Counted from the stretch's first letter, positions 17,756-28,990 are shown. The stretch is 64,000 bases of DNA from an uncultured Candidatus Saccharibacteria bacterium (GCA_964430945.1 CAYSHH010000001.1:82678-146677), one strand, 5' to 3'. Numbers and translations: made by a program. The notes: generated from the letters alone by a model not told the origin.

Positions 17756-20524
17756 ATGACAAAAATTTTAAACAAATTTAGAAAGATTGGTATCTTTGCT
17801 ATCATTCTTGGACTTCTTTGGCAAAGTTCAGCCCTCACAAGCATTCTAGATGTTGGTCACGCAAAAGCTGGAACAACCACTATCACACTCAATGAATTTG
17901 TTTCTGACTCAACTCAAGAGTGGGTAGAGCTATATAACAATACAAGTAGTCCAATTGATTTGGCTGGCTGGAAATTAACCGACCTTAAAACACCAGCGTC
18001 AACACCAGTAGAACAAGACATGCTGGCTCTTAGTGGAACAATCCCTGCACATTCGGTATTGGCATTTGATGTTAGTGGTCTTAACAATCCCCAAGATTCA
18101 ATCGGCCTTTATAATGGAGCAGTCGAAGTAAATAGAGTAACATATGGAACTATTACAGGTTATACAGCTAACATCGCTGCACCATCAACAGATTTATCAG
18201 GTGCAAGATTGCCAGATGGTATCGGAGGATGGTATACAAATCAAACACCAACCAAAGGATCAATAAATATCGATCCACTTACAGTCAATGCCGGTGGAGA
18301 CAAAATTGAAAATTCGCTATTCACACAAGATGGCACAGTTACTGGTGGCTTAGCACCTTATGCTTACAAATGGGAACAAATAGCTGGTCCAGGAACAATT
18401 ACATTTGGTACACCAAATGCTGAAGATACTACTATCACAGCTGATATTGACGGTTCTTACACAGTAAAATTTACCGCAACTGATCAATATACAACGAGTC
18501 AATATGAAACTATGAGCCTTACTTGGGATACTGTAGCTCCAACGATTGACAATATTGATCTTAATCAACCAACTTATAACTCAGTAGATTTTCCTCAACC
18601 AATTACTGGAAATGCTAGTGACACTACATCTGAAATATCAAAAGTTGAAGTAAAAATTAAAGACACAACGGCAAGCCCAGCAAAATTTTGGAATGGTAGT
18701 ACTTGGGTAACCACAACCGACACATGGAATCTAGCTAGCTCAACAACTTCATGGTCATACCAATTTGATCCAGCGAATATGACATATGGTCATAATTACG
18801 AAGTTAAAGCTAGAGCCTATGATTCACTAAATCAAGCATCAACAGTCGTTACTAAATCATTTTCTTATGCTGATAATGTTGTACCAACAGTTGTTTTGTC
18901 TCAAAATCCCACAACACCAACCAATACTAATGTAACTATAACCGCAGTTATTGATGGTACTGGATCAGATATTACAAAAACGAAATGGGCAAAGGGAAAT
19001 CAAAATACATCTTACTTTACCAACAACGGGATAATCCTAATTAATGATGAATTTATTGTTGATGAAAACGATACATACACTGTATATGCTAAAGATGCCT
19101 ACAATAATGAATCAGTAAAAACAATCGATATCACCAATATCGACAAAACGGCACCAACCGGATCAATCGTGATAAATAACGGTGTAAAAGTAACAAATTC
19201 AAAAAATGTCGATCTAAGTTTTCCAATCGATACAGCAATGGAAAAAAACATCGATCAGATGAAAATAACAGGTGATTTTAAACAAGTAAAAACAGTAAAT
19301 GATGGATGGGAAACATATTCTGACAAATTAACCAATAGAACACTCACAGACGGAAATGGTCTCAAAAATATTAGCGTACAATTCAAAGATAAAGCTGGAA
19401 ACGAATCTATTGTTTATTCTACTTCTATCTACTATAACGAATATGCAAATTATGTAGACCATAAAATAGTAAATGGTTCGGACGGATATACAAAAAACAA
19501 TATTCATCTAGACATTAACTCTGGCAGAGAAAGAATGTTAACTTATGCTGAATATTCACAAAATCCAGAAGGAAAATCGTCCTTTACCGCCTTCGGTAAA
19601 TATTTCGATCTTAGCTTAGATAGCAACGAAACAGTATCGGGTTTAGTTTTAGAAATATCTTACACACAAGCAGATTTAGACGCCATGAAAATTACAGAGG
19701 ATCAAATAACTGGACTTTATTACTGGAACGAAACAATATCGGGATGGGAGATATATCCAAATCAAACGATTGATACAACCGATTATGATGGATATGCTGG
19801 TAAAATTAGAGTTGAGCTTGATCACCTCACTCCTATGGTTCTTGGTGCAGATAATGTTGCTCCAACAATTCCATCTAACTTCAAAGCTGAGGCAAAAAGT
19901 GGTTCAGTTAAACTTACTTGGAATAAAATCGACGATGCTGATCATTACGACATTCGTTATCGAAAATCTACAAATAACAATGATTTAGTTGCGTATTCAG
20001 AAATTTACATTACAACTAATACTGAAACTGAGATAACGAATCTTGAAAATGGCATTGAATATGAATTTAATATTCGCGCTGTTGATGCTGCTGATAACAA
20101 AGGTGAATGGGCTATAGTTGTCGCTACACCAAATTTCACACCTGAAGAAATTGCTAAGCAAACTGAGCTCAAAAAACAAGTTGCCTATTATGGTAGTCTA
20201 GCAACACAAAATGACCAAACTCAATCAACCACCAATATTGGTGAAAATAACAAAGACGAAAACGGTAATGAAGTAATCGTCGATGATGGTGGCGAAGTAA
20301 AAGGGACTGACAACGCCGAAGGTGAGACCGAAGGTGCTCGCACTGCAGTAACTCTCGGAATCATAATTATCGCTATCGGTGCAGCTCTTGGTGGCTATTA
20401 CGGATACCAATGGTGGCTTGGTGAAGGTGAAAATGAAGTTGAAGAAGAAAAACTTCCAAAAGAAACCAAATCTCCAGAAAAACCAAAAAACAAGAAAAAG
20501 AAAAAATCCAACAGACGCTGGTAA
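17756..20524 (+). CDS. Large cell-surface protein: lamin-tail domain, Ig/PKD-like repeats, fibronectin III, C-terminal TM anchor
   Basis: Signal peptide; NE...EWVELYN..DLAGWKL (LTD); repeated D..APT; FN3 (LENGIEYEFNIRAVD); TM followed by charged tail. Confidence 0.85.
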   Translation: MTKILNKFRKIGIFAIILGLLWQSSALTSILDVGHAKAGTTTITLNEFVSDSTQEWVELYNNTSSPIDLAGWKLTDLKTPASTPVEQDMLALSGTIPAHSVLAFDVSGLNNPQDSIGLYNGAVEVNRVTYGTITGYTANIAAPSTDLSGARLPDGIGGWYTNQTPTKGSINIDPLTVNAGGDKIENSLFTQDGTVTGGLAPYAYKWEQIAGPGTITFGTPNAEDTTITADIDGSYTVKFTATDQYTTSQYETMSLTWDTVAPTIDNIDLNQPTYNSVDFPQPITGNASDTTSEISKVEVKIKDTTASPAKFWNGSTWVTTTDTWNLASSTTSWSYQFDPANMTYGHNYEVKARAYDSLNQASTVVTKSFSYADNVVPTVVLSQNPTTPTNTNVTITAVIDGTGSDITKTKWAKGNQNTSYFTNNGIILINDEFIVDENDTYTVYAKDAYNNESVKTIDITNIDKTAPTGSIVINNGVKVTNSKNVDLSFPIDTAMEKNIDQMKITGDFKQVKTVNDGWETYSDKLTNRTLTDGNGLKNISVQFKDKAGNESIVYSTSIYYNEYANYVDHKIVNGSDGYTKNNIHLDINSGRERMLTYAEYSQNPEGKSSFTAFGKYFDLSLDSNETVSGLVLEISYTQADLDAMKITEDQITGLYYWNETISGWEIYPNQTIDTTDYDGYAGKIRVELDHLTPMVLGADNVAPTIPSNFKAEAKSGSVKLTWNKIDDADHYDIRYRKSTNNNDLVAYSEIYITTNTETEITNLENGIEYEFNIRAVDAADNKGEWAIVVATPNFTPEEIAKQTELKKQVAYYGSLATQNDQTQSTTNIGENNKDENGNEVIVDDGGEVKGTDNAEGETEGARTAVTLGIIIIAIGAALGGYYGYQWWLGEGENEVEEEKLPKETKSPEKPKNKKKKKSNRRW

Positions 20525-20552
20525 TAATATAAAGATTTCAAACGAAATCCAC

Positions 20553-20584
20553 AAAAATAGTCCCGGCATACCGGGGCTATTTTT
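20553..20584 (+). terminator. Intrinsic terminator
   Basis: AAAATAGTCCCGG-CATA-CCGGGGCTATTTT. Confidence 0.75.
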
Positions 20585-20598
20585 GTTATAATAATTAC

Positions 20599-21006
20599 AT
20601 GACAGAAAAAAAGAATACTTTTTTTAACTTCACATCAACCTTGGGAAGAATTATTTTATTAGGATTAGTAATTTTGTTTTTAATAAACATTGCCCGCTCT
20701 ATCTATAAAAATCATGACGTCAAAAAACAAATTGCTAATCTTGAAAGTGAAATCAATGCCTTAGAAAATCAAAAACTAAATCTTGAAAATAGAATTCTTT
20801 ACTACGAAACACCTACTTACAAAGAGCTTGAAGCACGACAACACCTAAATTACAAAAAAAAGGGTGAAAAAGTAATCACTTTACTTGTAAAAAACGATCC
20901 GGAAACAAACCAAAATACAGTAGAACACAACGAACCCCAAAAAGAAATAAAATCCACCGACAATACACCGAACTGGCAAAAGTGGATGAAATATTTGTTT
21001 GGATAA
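20599..21006 (+). CDS. Septum formation initiator (FtsB/DivIC family)
   Basis: TM, coiled coil, ELEARQHLNYKKKGEKVI. Confidence 0.85.
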   Translation: MTEKKNTFFNFTSTLGRIILLGLVILFLINIARSIYKNHDVKKQIANLESEINALENQKLNLENRILYYETPTYKELEARQHLNYKKKGEKVITLLVKNDPETNQNTVEHNEPQKEIKSTDNTPNWQKWMKYLFG

Positions 21007-21033
21007 TAAAATATATTTAATCTAGGAGGATTT

Positions 21034-22743
21034 TTGTCAGTATTTACGCAAATTGGAATTATTGTATGTGCAGCTGCCATCTTGGCTGTTATACTAGCAC
21101 GCTTCAAACAACCACTGATACTTGCTTATCTTTTGGTAGGTGTCATTATAGGACCTATTGGGCTTAAACTAGTCGGTGCCGAAACAAACGTTGAAAGCTT
21201 AGCATCAATTGGTATTGCATTTTTACTTTTTATAGTCGGACTTGAATTAAATTTTGCAAAACTCAAAAAACTTGGCAGCACTGTTATTGTAATTGCACTG
21301 GTTCAAATTATTGGCACAGCGCTCTTGGCTTATATATTGGCCCATCTATTAGGATATAATTTTGCGAGCTCCATCTACATATCACTTGCACTGACTTTCG
21401 GAAGTACAGTAATCGTCGTACAAATTCTTTCAGAGAAAAAATTACTCGATCATTTATTTGGTCGTATTGTTCTAGGAATACTGCTTATTCAAGACATTGT
21501 TGCCGTCATAGCTCTCGCGCTTCTAGAAAATTTTCTACATCAAGCGAGTGCACCAGATTTATTACTCAATTCTCTTTTAGCGATAACAAAAACTGGACTA
21601 GTAGTTTTTCTAATCTGGTTGATAGGCCACTTTTTCATAAATAAAATTATAAAACGTACCGCAAAAACTCCCGAACTTTTATTTATAATTGCTATAGCAT
21701 GGTGTTTTTTTGCTTCAATTGTCGCCAACTACCTTGGTCTGTCAATTGAAATAGGAGCTTTTCTTGCTGGAATTTCTATAGCATCAGGCACCTATACATT
21801 AGAAATTTCTGCAAAAGTAAAACCCCTGAGAGATTTTTTTATAATAATATTTTTTGTCATACTAGGCCTAGAACTTAATTTTTCAGTACTCGAAAATTAC
21901 ACTCCTATAATCATTTTTATTTTATTTGTTCTTATCACTCATCCACTAATTATTTTGATCACCATGGGTATTCAAGGATTTAAACGTCGTACTTCATTTT
22001 TAACCGGTATTTCTATAGCCCAAATATCAGAATTTTCTCTGATTTTAGTAGCGTTAGGCTACAAACTTGGCCATGTTAACCAGGAACTTGTTTCTACAAT
22101 TACTGTTACGGCTATTATTACGATAATCATATCTACCTATCTTATTAGTTATTCAAGAAAAATATTTGAATACATAAAAAAACCTCTTGCTATATTTGAA
22201 CACCCGGATCCACAACTTGAAAAGTACAATTATAAAACCAGAACTTTTTATAATCACATCATTCTCATAGGTGCTCGACGAACTGGTTATAACATTCTCA
22301 AAAAAATTATTGAACTCAAAGAAGAAGTTGTTGTTGTAGATTTTAACCCCGAGTTAGCCGAAGAAATGATTGCCAAAAAAATTCCCGTTATATATGGTGA
22401 CGCAACGGATCATGAAATCTTAGATAATCTCAATATTAGAGAAGCAAAAATGCTTATATCAACACTTCCTGATTTTACAGACAATCTAATAATCATTAGA
22501 CGCACTAAAAAAATAAATCACAATATTACCATCTACGCTACAGCTTTTGATACAGAGGAAGCATTAAAACTTTATCAATCTGGAGCGGATTATGTTATAT
22601 TACCTCAACAAATTTCAGGTGAACACGTCTCAACACTCCTTAGCGAAGTGAGAAAAGATACAAAACATATCGCAAAAAAAAGAGCATCTCACATAAAAGA
22701 CCTTGAGGATTTTCTTAGAGAACATGATCAGATTCATTCATAA
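21034..22743 (+). CDS. CPA2/Kef-type cation:proton antiporter with TrkA-N domain
   Basis: GIAFLLFIVGLE, GILLIQD, GAFLAG, QISEFS; C-terminal IILIG..RTG, YGDAT, GADYVI. Confidence 0.92.
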   Translation: MSVFTQIGIIVCAAAILAVILARFKQPLILAYLLVGVIIGPIGLKLVGAETNVESLASIGIAFLLFIVGLELNFAKLKKLGSTVIVIALVQIIGTALLAYILAHLLGYNFASSIYISLALTFGSTVIVVQILSEKKLLDHLFGRIVLGILLIQDIVAVIALALLENFLHQASAPDLLLNSLLAITKTGLVVFLIWLIGHFFINKIIKRTAKTPELLFIIAIAWCFFASIVANYLGLSIEIGAFLAGISIASGTYTLEISAKVKPLRDFFIIIFFVILGLELNFSVLENYTPIIIFILFVLITHPLIILITMGIQGFKRRTSFLTGISIAQISEFSLILVALGYKLGHVNQELVSTITVTAIITIIISTYLISYSRKIFEYIKKPLAIFEHPDPQLEKYNYKTRTFYNHIILIGARRTGYNILKKIIELKEEVVVVDFNPELAEEMIAKKIPVIYGDATDHEILDNLNIREAKMLISTLPDFTDNLIIIRRTKKINHNITIYATAFDTEEALKLYQSGADYVILPQQISGEHVSTLLSEVRKDTKHIAKKRASHIKDLEDFLREHDQIHS

Positions 22744-22763
22744 TCAATAAATAAATATAAATT

Positions 22764-23723
22764 ATGAACATAAATCTTGTACTTATTCTGAAAATGATTG
22801 TTCTTTTCATTGTTCTTGCCTACTCAACAAAAATTCTTACTGGCGTCCTTGTAAACCTTAGTAAATATTTCAAAGTATCTAGCTTTGCTATAGGTATAGT
22901 TTTCATGGCTGTTGCTACATCGATACCAGAACTATTTATTGGTATTCAATCGGCACTCCAAAATGTTCCTGATTTATCTCTAGGAACCGTACTCGGTTCA
23001 AACATATCAGACCTAGCATTTGTACTAGGTATCATTATAATCTTCTCCAAAACTGCAATAAAGACAAAAGAAAGTATAAAAATAAGTGATGCTTGGTGGA
23101 TGTTTGTTTACGCACTTATTCCAGTACTCTTATCAATTGATGGAGTAATATCAAAAATTGATGGTATTATTTTGATGATAATGTTCATCATCTATATCTA
23201 TTATATTTTTCTTTCCAAACAAAAAGTTGCAAAAAACATTAAACATCCTAGCCATAGACATTTTCTTATAGATATCGGAAAATTTATCCTAGGTGTTGGG
23301 TTATTATTGTTCTCAAGTCATTATCTTGTCCAATATGGATTAGAAATCGCCAATGATTTCGCTATTCCAACTATAGTTATTGGTGTTACAATATATGCCC
23401 TATCTACTTCATTACCGGAACTATCGTTCGAATTAAGAGCAATTCACGAAAAAAAAGAATCAATGGCTATGGGAGATCTTATAGGATCAATCATCGTAAA
23501 CTCTAGTCTTGTTCTCGGAGTCACAGCTATCATTACTCCTATTACAATAAGCAATATAGCTGAATATGTTCCAACCATCCTAGTGCTATTTATTACAGCT
23601 GGGTTTTTCTTTTATAAAGTGTTAAATGGTAAAAAATTAAGATTAATTGATGGCTTTTTGTTGATCACTATCTACGTGATATTTATTATCTCTGAATTCG
23701 GTATTCTAGAACTTAATTTTTAA
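22764..23723 (+). CDS. Sodium:calcium antiporter (CaCA family)
   Basis: ATSIPEL...GTVLGSN and STSLPEL...GDLIGS repeats. Confidence 0.92.
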   Translation: MNINLVLILKMIVLFIVLAYSTKILTGVLVNLSKYFKVSSFAIGIVFMAVATSIPELFIGIQSALQNVPDLSLGTVLGSNISDLAFVLGIIIIFSKTAIKTKESIKISDAWWMFVYALIPVLLSIDGVISKIDGIILMIMFIIYIYYIFLSKQKVAKNIKHPSHRHFLIDIGKFILGVGLLLFSSHYLVQYGLEIANDFAIPTIVIGVTIYALSTSLPELSFELRAIHEKKESMAMGDLIGSIIVNSSLVLGVTAIITPITISNIAEYVPTILVLFITAGFFFYKVLNGKKLRLIDGFLLITIYVIFIISEFGILELNF

Positions 23724-23738
23724 CCATTTCTTAGATTG

Positions 23739-24332
23739 TCATTCTCTTTTCGCCACAACTACCAATCTTCTAAAAGTAGTACCTGGTGGATTACAGGTCA
23801 TTAAAGATAACGTTTCCTCGCCTTTGATAACGTCTTGAGTCACCTGCACTTCGTCTGGGTTGATTATCTTTTTATCAAAAACTTTGTACTTATATTCTCC
23901 TAAATTAGATTTGACAACAATCTCGTCACCATTATCGAGATCATCCAGTTTTCTAAATATCGTTTTGTATTCACCTGGATCATAAAATAAATAGCTAGAA
24001 TGACCAAATATAAATACATTCCCTTTTTGTCCTGGTATTTTTGTTCCTCTAAGTTGAGCAACTCCCCGCTGAAGACTTCTCAAATATTCCTCTTCATTAT
24101 TTCCGTCAATATTCATAATGATCGGCGCAGTGATCTCAATTTTTGGTATTGTTATCTCCCAATCTTTTTCATCTTCAAGAGGTTTCAAATTTATTTCCGT
24201 AGTACTAAAGGCATACTCCAATATTGGCGGTTTATTCACCCACCAATATAAAAAAAGCATACCGGATAGAAACAATAAGAAACATCCAGTCAGTATTAAA
24301 AAATATGCTCCACTAAAACTATGTCTTTTCAT
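23739..24332 (-). CDS. Sortase-family protein
   Basis: N-terminal TM, IPKI, GNVFIFGHS, LSLMTC.P....RLVV. Confidence 0.9.
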   Translation of the reverse strand: MKRHSFSGAYFLILTGCFLLFLSGMLFLYWWVNKPPILEYAFSTTEINLKPLEDEKDWEITIPKIEITAPIIMNIDGNNEEEYLRSLQRGVAQLRGTKIPGQKGNVFIFGHSSYLFYDPGEYKTIFRKLDDLDNGDEIVVKSNLGEYKYKVFDKKIINPDEVQVTQDVIKGEETLSLMTCNPPGTTFRRLVVVAKRE

Positions 24333-24377
24333 AATAAGAGTTCATTATATATTTAAATCACCTTTTAGACAAGCCTA

Positions 24378-24902
24378 CTACAATTTAACTTCGCTTAGTA
24401 TTTTATAGCCAATCCCGTCATCATCGAGTACCGATTCGAAAAGAACAATACTTTCTACACTTTGAGTCCACGCTATATTTTTGTTTTCCCAAGTCTTAAC
24501 TATATCTCGTGCATTATCACGTCCAAAACGCGCCAATGTCAGATGAAGTTTAAATCTTCTTTGAGGATATTTGCTAAATACTTTTTCTAGTTTTTCTTTA
24601 AGTTGATATATTTCTTTCGTTGATTTCCCTTTTGCCCACACAAGTTTTGGTCTATCATAATATGGTCCCAAAGTTATATGATTAAATCCTATTTCAAATT
24701 TCTTTGTATCTCTTTTGATCTCTTTTAATTTATTTTTGGCATCAGCTATATCTTCCTCGTCCCATGGCGAAAGAATTGTTATGTGAAGATCTTTATCACT
24801 AAGCCAATTCAATTGATACTTTTGACAATCCTTTTGAAATGCTTTTACTTTCTTATTTATATCACTTGAAACTTTTATAGCAACAAATATTCTTTTTTTC
24901 AT
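24378..24902 (-). CDS. thpR: RNA 2',3'-cyclic phosphodiesterase (2H family)
   Basis: RIFVAI, HITI and HLTLAR 2H motifs, LFES. Confidence 0.88.
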   Translation of the reverse strand: MKKRIFVAIKVSSDINKKVKAFQKDCQKYQLNWLSDKDLHITILSPWDEEDIADAKNKLKEIKRDTKKFEIGFNHITLGPYYDRPKLVWAKGKSTKEIYQLKEKLEKVFSKYPQRRFKLHLTLARFGRDNARDIVKTWENKNIAWTQSVESIVLFESVLDDDGIGYKILSEVKL

Positions 24903-25043
24903 ACAAATCAAAATTAATAATAGTATTATCATTATAGCAACTTTAATTTAATAGTTAAAAATATTCATGCAAAATCGTTGTAAAACAGGTAGCAAAATGC
25001 TAAAATAGTTAAGATTAATTGCTATTATTTTCCTGTATAGTGC

Positions 25044-25114
25044 TCGAGGATCGTCTAATGGTAGGACACCAGGTTCTGGCCCTGGCAATCTAGGTTCGAA
25101 TCCTGGTCCTCGAG
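25044..25114 (+). tRNA. tRNA-Gln(CTG), CCA not encoded
   Basis: TCGAGGA/TCCTCGA acceptor, CCAGG TT CTG GC CCTGG, GGTTCGAATCC. Confidence 0.93.
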
Positions 25115-25219
25115 CTTTGTACAAGAAACACTGGCTATATCGCAACCAAATACATTTTTAACTATATATCAAAAAACAGCCCACGTATGGACTGTTTTTT
25201 GATAATCATAGGTCAATAT

Positions 25220-27022
25220 TTATTTCATCAATTTATTAAATTCAATTTTATCAATAGTTTCTTTTTTAAGAAGAGTTTGAGCTATCTTGTCAAGTTTGGT
25301 TTTATGCTTAGTAAGAAGATCATTCGCCTCTTTCTCACCTTCAAGAACAATTCTTTTCACCTCATCATCAATAAGAGATGCCACTTTCTCAGAATAATTT
25401 TTGTGTTCTCCAAGCTCTCTCCCCAAGAAAACCATTTCATCCCGTTCACTAAGAGATTGAGGGCCAATCTTGTCACTCATACCATAAACGGTTACCATGT
25501 CCCTAGCAATTTTTGTTGCTCGCTTCATATCGTTTTCTGCCCCCGTTGTTGTCTCACCAAAAATTATTTTCTCAGCTTCGCGTCCAGATAAAAGTTGTGC
25601 TATTTCATCGATAAACTTACTTTTTGAATATAAATGAATATCCTTTTCTGGAAGACTCCAAGTATACCCAAGAGCCATACCACGAGAAGTAATCGATACT
25701 TTATGGATCGGATCAGTATTTGGAAGCACATGTCCAACAACAGCATGTCCTGCTTCGTGATATGCAGTTATTTCTTTTTCCATTTTAGATAGTATTCTAG
25801 ATTTTTTCTCAGGACCCATCATTACTTTCTCTATTGCTTCTTGAAAATCACTTTGAACTATAGTTTTTTTGTTTTCTCTTGCTGCTAAAATTGCTGCCTC
25901 ATTTACGACATTTTTAAGATCAGCACCGGCCAAACCAACTGTAGATGCTGCGATAGACCTTAGATCTACGTTTGATTCTACTGGTTTATTACGAGTATGA
26001 ATTTTTAAAATTTGCTCTCTTTCTTCTAATGTCGGCAAGCCCAATACTACGCGCCGGTCAAATCTGCCTGGTCTCAAAAGCGCAGGATCCAATACGTCCG
26101 GTCTATTAGTTGCTGCAATGATTATGACTCTCGTATCTGTTTCAAATCCATCCATTTCTACAAGTATTTGATTAAGGGTCTGTTCTCGCTCATCATGTGA
26201 CCCCCCAAGACCAGTTCCACGTTGACGACCGATAGCATCTAACTCGTCAACAAAAATTACACTTGGAGCATTTCTTTTTGCCTTAGTAAACAAATCACGT
26301 ACACGTGAAGCTCCCACACCCACAAACATTTCTACAAACTCTGATGCCGAAATTGATAAAAATGGTACACCAGCCTCACCAGCTACTGCTTTTGCCATAA
26401 GAGTCTTACCAGTACCTGGGGGACCTGCCAAAAGTACACCTTTAGGAATTTCTGCGCCAAGATTCAAATATTTTTTAGGATTTTTAAGAAAATCAACGAT
26501 TTCTACCAATTCCTGCTTTGCTTCCTTAAGACCAGCAACATCATCAAATGTTACTTTTTTCTTTCCCATATATAATCGGGCTTTTGTTTGTCCAAAACTC
26601 ATTGCCTTCATATTCGCACCTTGTGTAGAACGAAATAAAAAATACAAAAATAATGCGATAAGGCCTAGAGGTAAAAGTATTGAAAGAAGAGCAGACCATA
26701 TTTCACCCTTATTTGGATCTTTAATATCTATCTTAACATTATCAGGTTTAATACCATAGTCACTTATACCTACTCCAGCTTCTTTATAAGTCATAAGTAC
26801 AGTATCAGAATCTTTCAAATCAGCTGTAACTTTATTCCCATCAACCACAATTTTATCAACATTATCGGTTTCAACTTCATGAACAATCTCAGACATTGAA
26901 GATTCCTGACTATTCATGTCCATTGGATTTAGAATACTAAAAAGAGATACTCCGACTAGTATTAATATAACTATATATATAATTCCTTTTGTTAGGTTAG
27001 ATGATTTGTTTGGATTATCCAT
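25220..27022 (-). CDS. ftsH: ATP-dependent zinc metalloprotease FtsH
   Basis: Two [43 protein letters not shown]. Confidence 0.98.
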   Translation of the reverse strand: MDNPNKSSNLTKGIIYIVILILVGVSLFSILNPMDMNSQESSMSEIVHEVETDNVDKIVVDGNKVTADLKDSDTVLMTYKEAGVGISDYGIKPDNVKIDIKDPNKGEIWSALLSILLPLGLIALFLYFLFRSTQGANMKAMSFGQTKARLYMGKKKVTFDDVAGLKEAKQELVEIVDFLKNPKKYLNLGAEIPKGVLLAGPPGTGKTLMAKAVAGEAGVPFLSISASEFVEMFVGVGASRVRDLFTKAKRNAPSVIFVDELDAIGRQRGTGLGGSHDEREQTLNQILVEMDGFETDTRVIIIAATNRPDVLDPALLRPGRFDRRVVLGLPTLEEREQILKIHTRNKPVESNVDLRSIAASTVGLAGADLKNVVNEAAILAARENKKTIVQSDFQEAIEKVMMGPEKKSRILSKMEKEITAYHEAGHAVVGHVLPNTDPIHKVSITSRGMALGYTWSLPEKDIHLYSKSKFIDEIAQLLSGREAEKIIFGETTTGAENDMKRATKIARDMVTVYGMSDKIGPQSLSERDEMVFLGRELGEHKNYSEKVASLIDDEVKRIVLEGEKEANDLLTKHKTKLDKIAQTLLKKETIDKIEFNKLMK

Positions 27023-27039
27023 AATATCTTTTCCTTGCT

Positions 27040-27115
27040 TGGTGGCTGAGGAGGGATTTGAACCTTCGACCTTCGGCTTATGATGCCGCTGCTCTAACCA
27101 CTGAGCTACTCAGCC
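27040..27115 (-). tRNA. tRNA-Met(CAT), elongator type
   Basis: GGCTGAG/CTCAGCC paired acceptor, CAT anticodon, CCA encoded; single mismatches in anticodon and T stems. Confidence 0.85.
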
Positions 27116-27207
27116 TCGATTATTCAAATAAACATATTATACTTAGTGTATTTTCTACTTAGCTAAATCAATCCTTAGCTATTATTCGCAAATGTAATAA
27201 AATAACT

Positions 27208-27282
27208 TGGTAGCGGGGGAAGGATTCGAACCTTCGACCTCCGGCTTATGAGACCGACGAGCTACCACTGCTCTACCCCGCG
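27208..27282 (-). tRNA. Initiator tRNA-fMet(CAT)
   Basis: CGCGGGG 5' end with unpaired 1:72, GAGC/GCTC D stem, TCGGT CTCATAA GCCGG anticodon arm. Confidence 0.92.
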
Positions 27283-27465
27283 TCAATTAATACAGTAATT
27301 AAACAATAATCCTGTATTTATCTGAATTGCGTAAAAAAATTGTACCAAAAAAACTATATTAAATCAATTGACACAAAAAAAGATACGTAGTACGTCTAAT
27401 AAACAAAAGAATAGCTTTACATCAATGCCAATATGATGCACTAAACGATTTTATATATATTAAAA

Positions 27466-28092
27466 TTAATTAACTGCAGCAATCCTATGTTTCTTTTTCT
27501 TAATAAATCTCATAATCACTGGTATCATAAGATAAGCAAGTGTACTATAAGCGGGACTAAAAAAATTAACAACTATAGCCAATACCGCTACGGGTATTAT
27601 TATCATATTCTTTGTCAGGGCAAAATTAACATCATCACCGCTAAGATCTGATCTTAAAAGATGATTATCTATACAATATTTATATTGAATATAAAACATC
27701 ACACCAAGAACTAGCAAATTAATATTAAAAATCATCACAGCAAGTACATTATCGGTATATGTATCCATAAGCTCTGTTGTAAAGGGAACTAGTACCACAA
27801 ACATCAATAAGAAAATATTTATCCAAGCCAGAGTGCTCGTACTTCTCTTTATTACAATATATTGTTTTTGGTGTATCACCCAAAATATACCCAAAAGAAG
27901 AAAACTAAGAGCAAAATTATAAAAACTCGGCAATATTTCTAGCAGTTTTTCAGGCAATAACGCATCTGCTGAGGACTGAGATATTTGTGGTACTGCGATA
28001 TTCAAAACTAAAAGAGTCATTGCAATTGCAAATACCGCATCTGCCAACCCCTCCAGTCTATTTGTTGGAATTACTAATTTTCTGTCTTCCAT
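27466..28092 (-). CDS. TMEM175-family potassium channel
   Basis: RLEGLADAVFAIAMTLLVL, SF.LLGIFW..H, PF.T. Confidence 0.9.
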   Translation of the reverse strand: MEDRKLVIPTNRLEGLADAVFAIAMTLLVLNIAVPQISQSSADALLPEKLLEILPSFYNFALSFLLLGIFWVIHQKQYIVIKRSTSTLAWINIFLLMFVVLVPFTTELMDTYTDNVLAVMIFNINLLVLGVMFYIQYKYCIDNHLLRSDLSGDDVNFALTKNMIIIPVAVLAIVVNFFSPAYSTLAYLMIPVIMRFIKKKKHRIAAVN

Positions 28093-28102
28093 AACATCCG
28101 TT

Positions 28103-28639
28103 TTATTTAAGATTTTTTAACTGAAAACTAAACACCATCATTGCGATTCCAGCGACCAAAGCATAAACACCTAAAAGCCAAATCAAAATTGCTATTGTCG
28201 CACCAGGATAAGCAAGCATTACGACACCTAAAATAAGCGATAACACGCCAACAAGAATTATCATACTTTTAGCTGTTGGTGTAATTTCTGTCGTTCCACC
28301 AATTAAAATCTCAACTAATCCAGTGATAAGTGCCCATAAAGCAATAAGGTATACAAATATCACGATTGATATCCCTGGCCATGTAAGTATTATAACACCA
28401 GCGATAATCCCTAATACACCTTCGAGAAGAAATGTTCCCCATTTCTCATGATGTTTGCTAGCCTGGATAGATGCTCCGATTGCGAATAAACCTTCGCCAA
28501 TCGCAAAAATTGCAAACAACACTACCAAAACCTCTAGTGTTAAACCTGTCCAGAAAAAAGCCAGAAAAGCAAAAATGATAGCGAGTATTCCTCTTAAAAG
28601 CATTACCCACCAATATTTGCTCATCATTTTATTACCCAT
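28103..28639 (-). CDS. HdeD/DUF308 family membrane protein
   Basis: WW..LLRGILAI, six TM helices in two repeats. Confidence 0.88.
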   Translation of the reverse strand: MGNKMMSKYWWVMLLRGILAIIFAFLAFFWTGLTLEVLVVLFAIFAIGEGLFAIGASIQASKHHEKWGTFLLEGVLGIIAGVIILTWPGISIVIFVYLIALWALITGLVEILIGGTTEITPTAKSMIILVGVLSLILGVVMLAYPGATIAILIWLLGVYALVAGIAMMVFSFQLKNLK

Positions 28640-28778
28640 GAAATCCTCCTAATGCATATTTGATTACCAAATATACTGCTAGTTGCTATGAGATAAAAAT
28701 AACTAGCCTGATTATTTAAACTATATAAGACAATATAGCTAAACTATATTGAATTTATCGACCAAAACTAAAAATGGA

Positions 28779-28859
28779 TTATTTTTTACCGCCACCAGCA
28801 ATAAGACCAATGATGATCAATATTACTATGACAATAATAACCCACCAATACCATGCCAT
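28779..28859 (-). CDS. 26-aa single-TM microprotein MAWYWWVIIVIVILIIIGLIAGGGKK
   Basis: Below ORF-track cut-off; AAGGGG RBS, ATG 28859, TAA 28779, clean TM pattern. Confidence 0.65.
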   Translation of the reverse strand: MAWYWWVIIVIVILIIIGLIAGGGKK

Positions 28860-28990
28860 AATTTACCCCTTTTACCCCACACGAGCGTGTGAGCTAATTA
28901 TTATTAATGTAATTATATCACTTTACAATAATAGGTAGTTGTTGATAACTAAAAATAATCACCAAAATGTGATTATTTTATGACTACAAA

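Noticed and set aside
24948-25145. 65-aa ORF
   Set aside because: Antisense shadow of tRNA-Gln
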